A stretch of DNA of 64,000 bases, taken from NCBI GenBank assembly GCA_963681965.1, contig OY820579.1, positions 3,456,001-3,520,000 on the forward strand, written 5' to 3'. The notes beneath the pieces are model-generated. The model was given only the letters and a program-made list of their open reading frames with translations, ran no database searches and was not told the origin of the DNA. The position numbers and the translations under genes were made by a program. This document shows, piece after piece, positions 59,963 through 64,000 of the stretch (positions are counted from its first letter, which is position 1; every line of letters starts with the position of its first letter). The DNA is from a bacterium. GTDB taxonomy: Bacteria > Electryoneota > JAOADG01.

Positions 59963-61986
59963 ACTTTCTCCGCGCCATCTTCCGCATCAAGTAGACGGGT
60001 ATAATCCTGTTTGGGAGTGGTAATTCGTAGAATCGCAGTCTGCGAAGAGTGTTCGGAATTACTGCGCCAGATCCGGGCAAATTCGCGAATCTGTTCATCC
60101 TGAGCAACCTTACCGGATAAACCCAATACAATCGCTTCGGCGTTGAGCTGTACTGCAGTTCGGACAATTGCTTCGATCGAATTGGTTCCAGCAACGACGA
60201 TGGGAGTAATATGCCGACCGAATTGCTCGGCGATCCGCATCACTTCTTGAAACAGCGTCCGCTCGTGTCGACCGAAGGTCGTTTGCGTAGAATTGTCGGG
60301 ACGGTCGGGTGAAATACGAACCGTCATCACGAAGATGTCGCGCCGATTGTTGACATTCTCTTCGAGAATTTTTCGAAGGTGAAACAACCCTTGGGGATGT
60401 CGCGCGGCGATCAGAATCGGACGCATCTCAGCTTCGCGGGTCTGTTCAATCAAGGCATGATCGAGTAGCGACAATTCAAATTGAAGTTGATCGCTCGGGC
60501 GCTCCGGTTCACCTAGTGGCAAATGTCTGCGGTTGTAATAAGCAGTCAAATAAAAGAGACCAATCAAACCGAACGATACCGCAACTTCACGTGCATGAAT
60601 GATCGCAAATGCCAATGCCAGCAAACCGACAAACGACATGGTGAGAACAGGTACCATTATCGGGAAGCGGTCGATCCGATCGGTAGTCGTGGCGGTTGCT
60701 TGTTGATTGGAGTGTAGAATTTTCCGTGCCGATGTCCAAAGATGAATACACTGGAACAGAAACATCATCAGGATCGAAAACGAAACAACCCCCATCAAGC
60801 GGTTGATCGGCTGCACAGCAACAATCAACACTGCCTGCACGACCACTATGAGCAGAATCAAGCGATAATATGAACCATAGCGGGGATGTTGTCGTTTGAA
60901 GAATGCCGGGAATAGACCGTTTTCGACGAATTCCTGCAACTGCTCGGAAGCGCGTTTCGAAGCCGTCCAATGCGCCAACCAAGCGAGAATAATCGCAACC
61001 AGAATTGCTAACAAAACGACAAGTTGACCGATTAAGCCGGACTTACTCCAGAATTGACCGAATGAGACATTGGGATCGGTAAAATGACCGGCAATAAATT
61101 TCCCGAGCCGATCGTTCCATGCCACCATCACTAGAATCGAGACAAAAATGAGAGTAACAGCAACAAAGTATTGGGTGAATCGGCGGCTGTTTGTCGACTT
61201 TGGCGCTTTCAATTTCCGGAATTGCGATGCGATTTCATCGGAATTCCCAGCAACAAATGCGAGCAAGCCGATACAGGCAAATACTTCCAGTAAAATCTCG
61301 ATGGTCGTTTTTCCCGAGCTGGAATCGGGAATTGAGAATACCGTGGTGAGGAGCTGATTCGCCGATTGCATACTAGTCAATGCGGTAATCGATACAATTA
61401 TCAGCACAACCGACAGTAACCCGAGCAGGATCGAGCGAATCTGGAAGTTGCGTTCGCTAGTCGATTCGATATCGCGAAGTAGTTTTCGTCCTGAAAAAGC
61501 AATGAAAATTAAAGAGAAAAGGACGAATCCTCCCCACTCCCAAATTTGTTTCCCGATCGGTGAATTGATCCAGTCCCGGATCACCGTATGCAAAATAGCG
61601 TGAAGAATCCGACCGCATACCGACACCATAAGCGCTGAAAATGTTATCGATACGACGATTTTAGCAGCAAGATAGATTTGATCGACTTCATTGGGCGGTT
61701 CTTTAGCGGCATTGGATCGGTTTGCGTAATTCAGTCGAAGGGTGAAAGTCGATAGCCAAGTCGAGGAAGCTAGCAACAGGGTCGCGGCGATAATGATGAA
61801 GTAACCGATTCCTTCGAATGCGCTGACTGCCTGAAACACTGCCAATCCTAGCACTGCGACGATCGGCGCAAACGCGAGTAGTAACGCCCGGAATGGCGTA
61901 ATAAAATCAACCATTCTAGTCGATACTACCACAACTCTGCCTTCCAAATTTGAATTTGTCGGTTGTTTCGGTTCCATCTCGTCCAT
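59959..61986 (-). CDS. Diverged APC-family permease with a C-terminal USP-like cytoplasmic domain
   Basis: About 12 TM segments; GLFPAFF..QHPRYGS; C-terminal ILIAARHP...LFQEVMRIAE...AIVLGLS. Confidence 0.7.
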   Translation of the reverse strand: MDEMEPKQPTNSNLEGRVVVVSTRMVDFITPFRALLLAFAPIVAVLGLAVFQAVSAFEGIGYFIIIAATLLLASSTWLSTFTLRLNYANRSNAAKEPPNEVDQIYLAAKIVVSITFSALMVSVCGRILHAILHTVIRDWINSPIGKQIWEWGGFVLFSLIFIAFSGRKLLRDIESTSERNFQIRSILLGLLSVVLIIVSITALTSMQSANQLLTTVFSIPDSSSGKTTIEILLEVFACIGLLAFVAGNSDEIASQFRKLKAPKSTNSRRFTQYFVAVTLIFVSILVMVAWNDRLGKFIAGHFTDPNVSFGQFWSKSGLIGQLVVLLAILVAIILAWLAHWTASKRASEQLQEFVENGLFPAFFKRQHPRYGSYYRLILLIVVVQAVLIVAVQPINRLMGVVSFSILMMFLFQCIHLWTSARKILHSNQQATATTTDRIDRFPIMVPVLTMSFVGLLALAFAIIHAREVAVSFGLIGLFYLTAYYNRRHLPLGEPERPSDQLQFELSLLDHALIEQTREAEMRPILIAARHPQGLFHLRKILEENVNNRRDIFVMTVRISPDRPDNSTQTTFGRHERTLFQEVMRIAEQFGRHITPIVVAGTNSIEAIVRTAVQLNAEAIVLGLSGKVAQDEQIREFARIWRSNSEHSSQTAILRITTPKQDYTRLLDAEDGAEKV

Positions 61987-62078
61987 TCAAGTACGGTCGG
62001 TCGGATCACGATTTAATCCGGTTAATCCGGATTCACAGTCTTGCAGTTCATAAATCCGACAGTATCCCGATAATATGG

Positions 62079-63026
62079 TCATTTCCGACCGGGGATACAA
62101 TATTCGACCGGAGAAAATATACCCGGTTTGGTCGAATCGATTCGGTAATAGACCGCAGTATTAGTACCCGTCACGACAAGAGCGCTGCTGTCGTCAAGAT
62201 ATTTGACCAAAGCACCGTGGTTGTCGATAAACGATTTTGGTACCGGTACAATAAAACTGCCAAAGGCATACGGGGCGATCTGATACGGAGGAATAATAAA
62301 CACAATCGAATCGGATTCGAATAAAAATGTTCCGAAATTATCCCGTTTGGTCGATAACCCTCGGTTGAACCAAGCGGTATCGGGTAAAAATGTATTGCCA
62401 CCGGCAATCAATGAATGAAGAATCGATTGATACAGATACGCCGAAATTCGGATCAAGGTATCATTTGAAGTCGGGATCAATGATTCACTGGTGTAACTTG
62501 TCCGGGTCTTAGGATTGTAATGATACTGATAATAGGTTTTATTAGGATGCGCTCCACCGGCAAAATAGCATTCATCCAAGATAAAACTAATCAAAGTATC
62601 GCTCGCTTCCCCCAATTCGGTATCGATCAACAAAGTATAGCGATCGGGTAAATTGCACTGAGATCCGGTTAATTTTCCGGTATCGGATTTCGAGCCATCG
62701 GTTATCTTACGGGCTACGTCAAATTCAGTTGCATCCTTCCGGAACTTGATGATCCGGTCGGTGATGAACTGATGGAGATCGTCGTTGAAATCGAAGGGTA
62801 CCGATTTGAATTTAGGATAGACGATATCGATCCGACGACCATCTTTCCGTTCGAATTTTCGGATCGTATCGAATGGCACAACCGGATGCGGGTACCGGGT
62901 CGATATTTCCGCCCATGGCTGCGTCTCGGTTTTGCCGCCCCGACTGGCAACCGCAAGTTGAAGTACACCAACAGATAGAATAATTAAAATCGATATCCAT
63001 AGCTCTCGAAACATTGTCTCCCCCAT
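62079..63026 (-). CDS. RsiV/DUF3298-DUF4163-like exported protein
   Basis: YFAGGAHPN and FIIPPYQIAPYAFG motifs. Confidence 0.8.
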   Translation of the reverse strand: MGETMFRELWISILIILSVGVLQLAVASRGGKTETQPWAEISTRYPHPVVPFDTIRKFERKDGRRIDIVYPKFKSVPFDFNDDLHQFITDRIIKFRKDATEFDVARKITDGSKSDTGKLTGSQCNLPDRYTLLIDTELGEASDTLISFILDECYFAGGAHPNKTYYQYHYNPKTRTSYTSESLIPTSNDTLIRISAYLYQSILHSLIAGGNTFLPDTAWFNRGLSTKRDNFGTFLFESDSIVFIIPPYQIAPYAFGSFIVPVPKSFIDNHGALVKYLDDSSALVVTGTNTAVYYRIDSTKPGIFSPVEYCIPGRK

Positions 63027-63100
63027 CGATCACTTTGACAAATAATCATCACACAAGTTACAGCCTATTCCCAGTGTCGATGCCATTCCAACCAATACGA

Positions 63101-64000
63101 TCAGATGATTCCCCGCTTGCGTTGATCGGCTTCGATCGAATCGAATAGCGCTTGAAAATTTCCTTCGCCAAATCCATCATGCTTTTCGCGTTGGATGAAT
63201 TCGTAGAAGAGTGGTCCGACCATATATTTTGAGAACAACTGCAGCAAATAGCCATCGTCATCGCCATCGACCAATATGCCGAGTTCCTGCAATTTGTTCA
63301 TCGGTTGTTTGACACCTTGAACCCGCTTTGGGATAAATTCGTAATAGGTTCGCTTGGGAGGATCGAGGAATTGGATTTCGCGAGATTGCAGGTTTTCGAT
63401 CAAATCGATCAAATTCCGGGTCTGAAAGGCGATATGTTGGACCCCGTGACCGCGATTCATTTCCAAGAATTCTTCGATCTGCCCTTTCTTTCCGAATGAC
63501 ATTTTCTGCGGTTCATTGATCGGGATGATGACTTTCCGGTCGTGACTGGCAACGACTTTGCTGAATAATCCGGTTTCAATACCCTTGATATCGAATTGTC
63601 GAACTACCTGAAAACCGAATATCCGCTTGTAAAATTCCACCCAGACATCCATTTCCCCGGTAGGAACGTTGTTCGTCAGGTGGTCGATCCGGTCAAGACC
63701 GTGTTTCAAGGATTGTTTAGCGGCAGGTGCGACAACATTGTCGAAATCGGGTAAAAATGCCGGACAATCCGGGGGACGTTCTAGAAAGACATTTTTAACG
63801 GAACCGAATCCTTTAATAGCGGCAGAGCGATAAATAGCTCCGTTAACTGAGCGCTCGGTCAGCGGTTCTACCATTTTCGCTCCCCGATGCACCGCCTCTT
63901 GGAGCGCACGATGGGCGTTTTCGACTCGAAATGCCATCGTACAGACCCCATCGCCATGCTTCCGCAAGAAATCACCGGGAAAGGTGTGTTCGGGTGGATC
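63101..64000 (-). CDS. hppD: 4-hydroxyphenylpyruvate dioxygenase (5' end outside the window)
   Basis: KHGDGV, IDHLTNNV, GVQHIAF, FYEFIQR...GFGEGNFQALFDSIE. Confidence 0.95.
   Translation of the reverse strand, partial: DPPEHTFPGDFLRKHGDGVCTMAFRVENAHRALQEAVHRGAKMVEPLTERSVNGAIYRSAAIKGFGSVKNVFLERPPDCPAFLPDFDNVVAPAAKQSLKHGLDRIDHLTNNVPTGEMDVWVEFYKRIFGFQVVRQFDIKGIETGLFSKVVASHDRKVIIPINEPQKMSFGKKGQIEEFLEMNRGHGVQHIAFQTRNLIDLIENLQSREIQFLDPPKRTYYEFIPKRVQGVKQPMNKLQELGILVDGDDDGYLLQLFSKYMVGPLFYEFIQREKHDGFGEGNFQALFDSIEADQRKRGII

Noticed and set aside
1-64000. RAYT/IS transposase, integrase, prophage, tRNA or rRNA genes
   Set aside because: No HUH/Y1, DDE or tyrosine-recombinase motifs in the ORFs and no cloverleaf or rRNA-like sequence seen by eye; any REP-mobilising enzyme must lie elsewhere.

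Overview
This is a 64-kb bacterial chromosomal window. T9SS-type C-terminal domains and a PorV/PorQ-like gene suggest an FCB-superphylum lineage (inference). Left third: a partial SBBP beta-propeller gene, then three tandem giant secreted modular proteins (M6 metalloprotease 2111 aa, S8 subtilase 1629 aa, nidogen-like 2026 aa) that share domains and an FN3+'ASSSS' C-terminal tail. Middle and right: an isolated murG(+HEAT repeats)-mraY pair, maeB, an ECF sigma locus, a PMM/PGM - histone-H1-like - hpnC - hpnD operon separated from hpnE by a second SBBP gene, then rlmN, glmS, PHP, a Wzi-like gene, a diverged APC permease, an RsiV-like gene and partial hppD. Intergenic spaces carry mosaic clusters of about nine different REP-like palindrome families, plus a GTCATTGCGAG-type hairpin and 7-nt-period G-rich repeats; no transposase is encoded in the window. 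Most striking signal: such REPs/REP doublets sit in frame inside the N-terminal domain of both SBBP paralogs, with different families at equivalent loop positions and an empty site visible in one paralog. Both genes also switch from GC-rich to AT-rich DNA at a nucleotide-conserved poly-G junction. No tRNA, rRNA or CRISPR array was seen. All calls were made by eye from motifs; no database searches were run.
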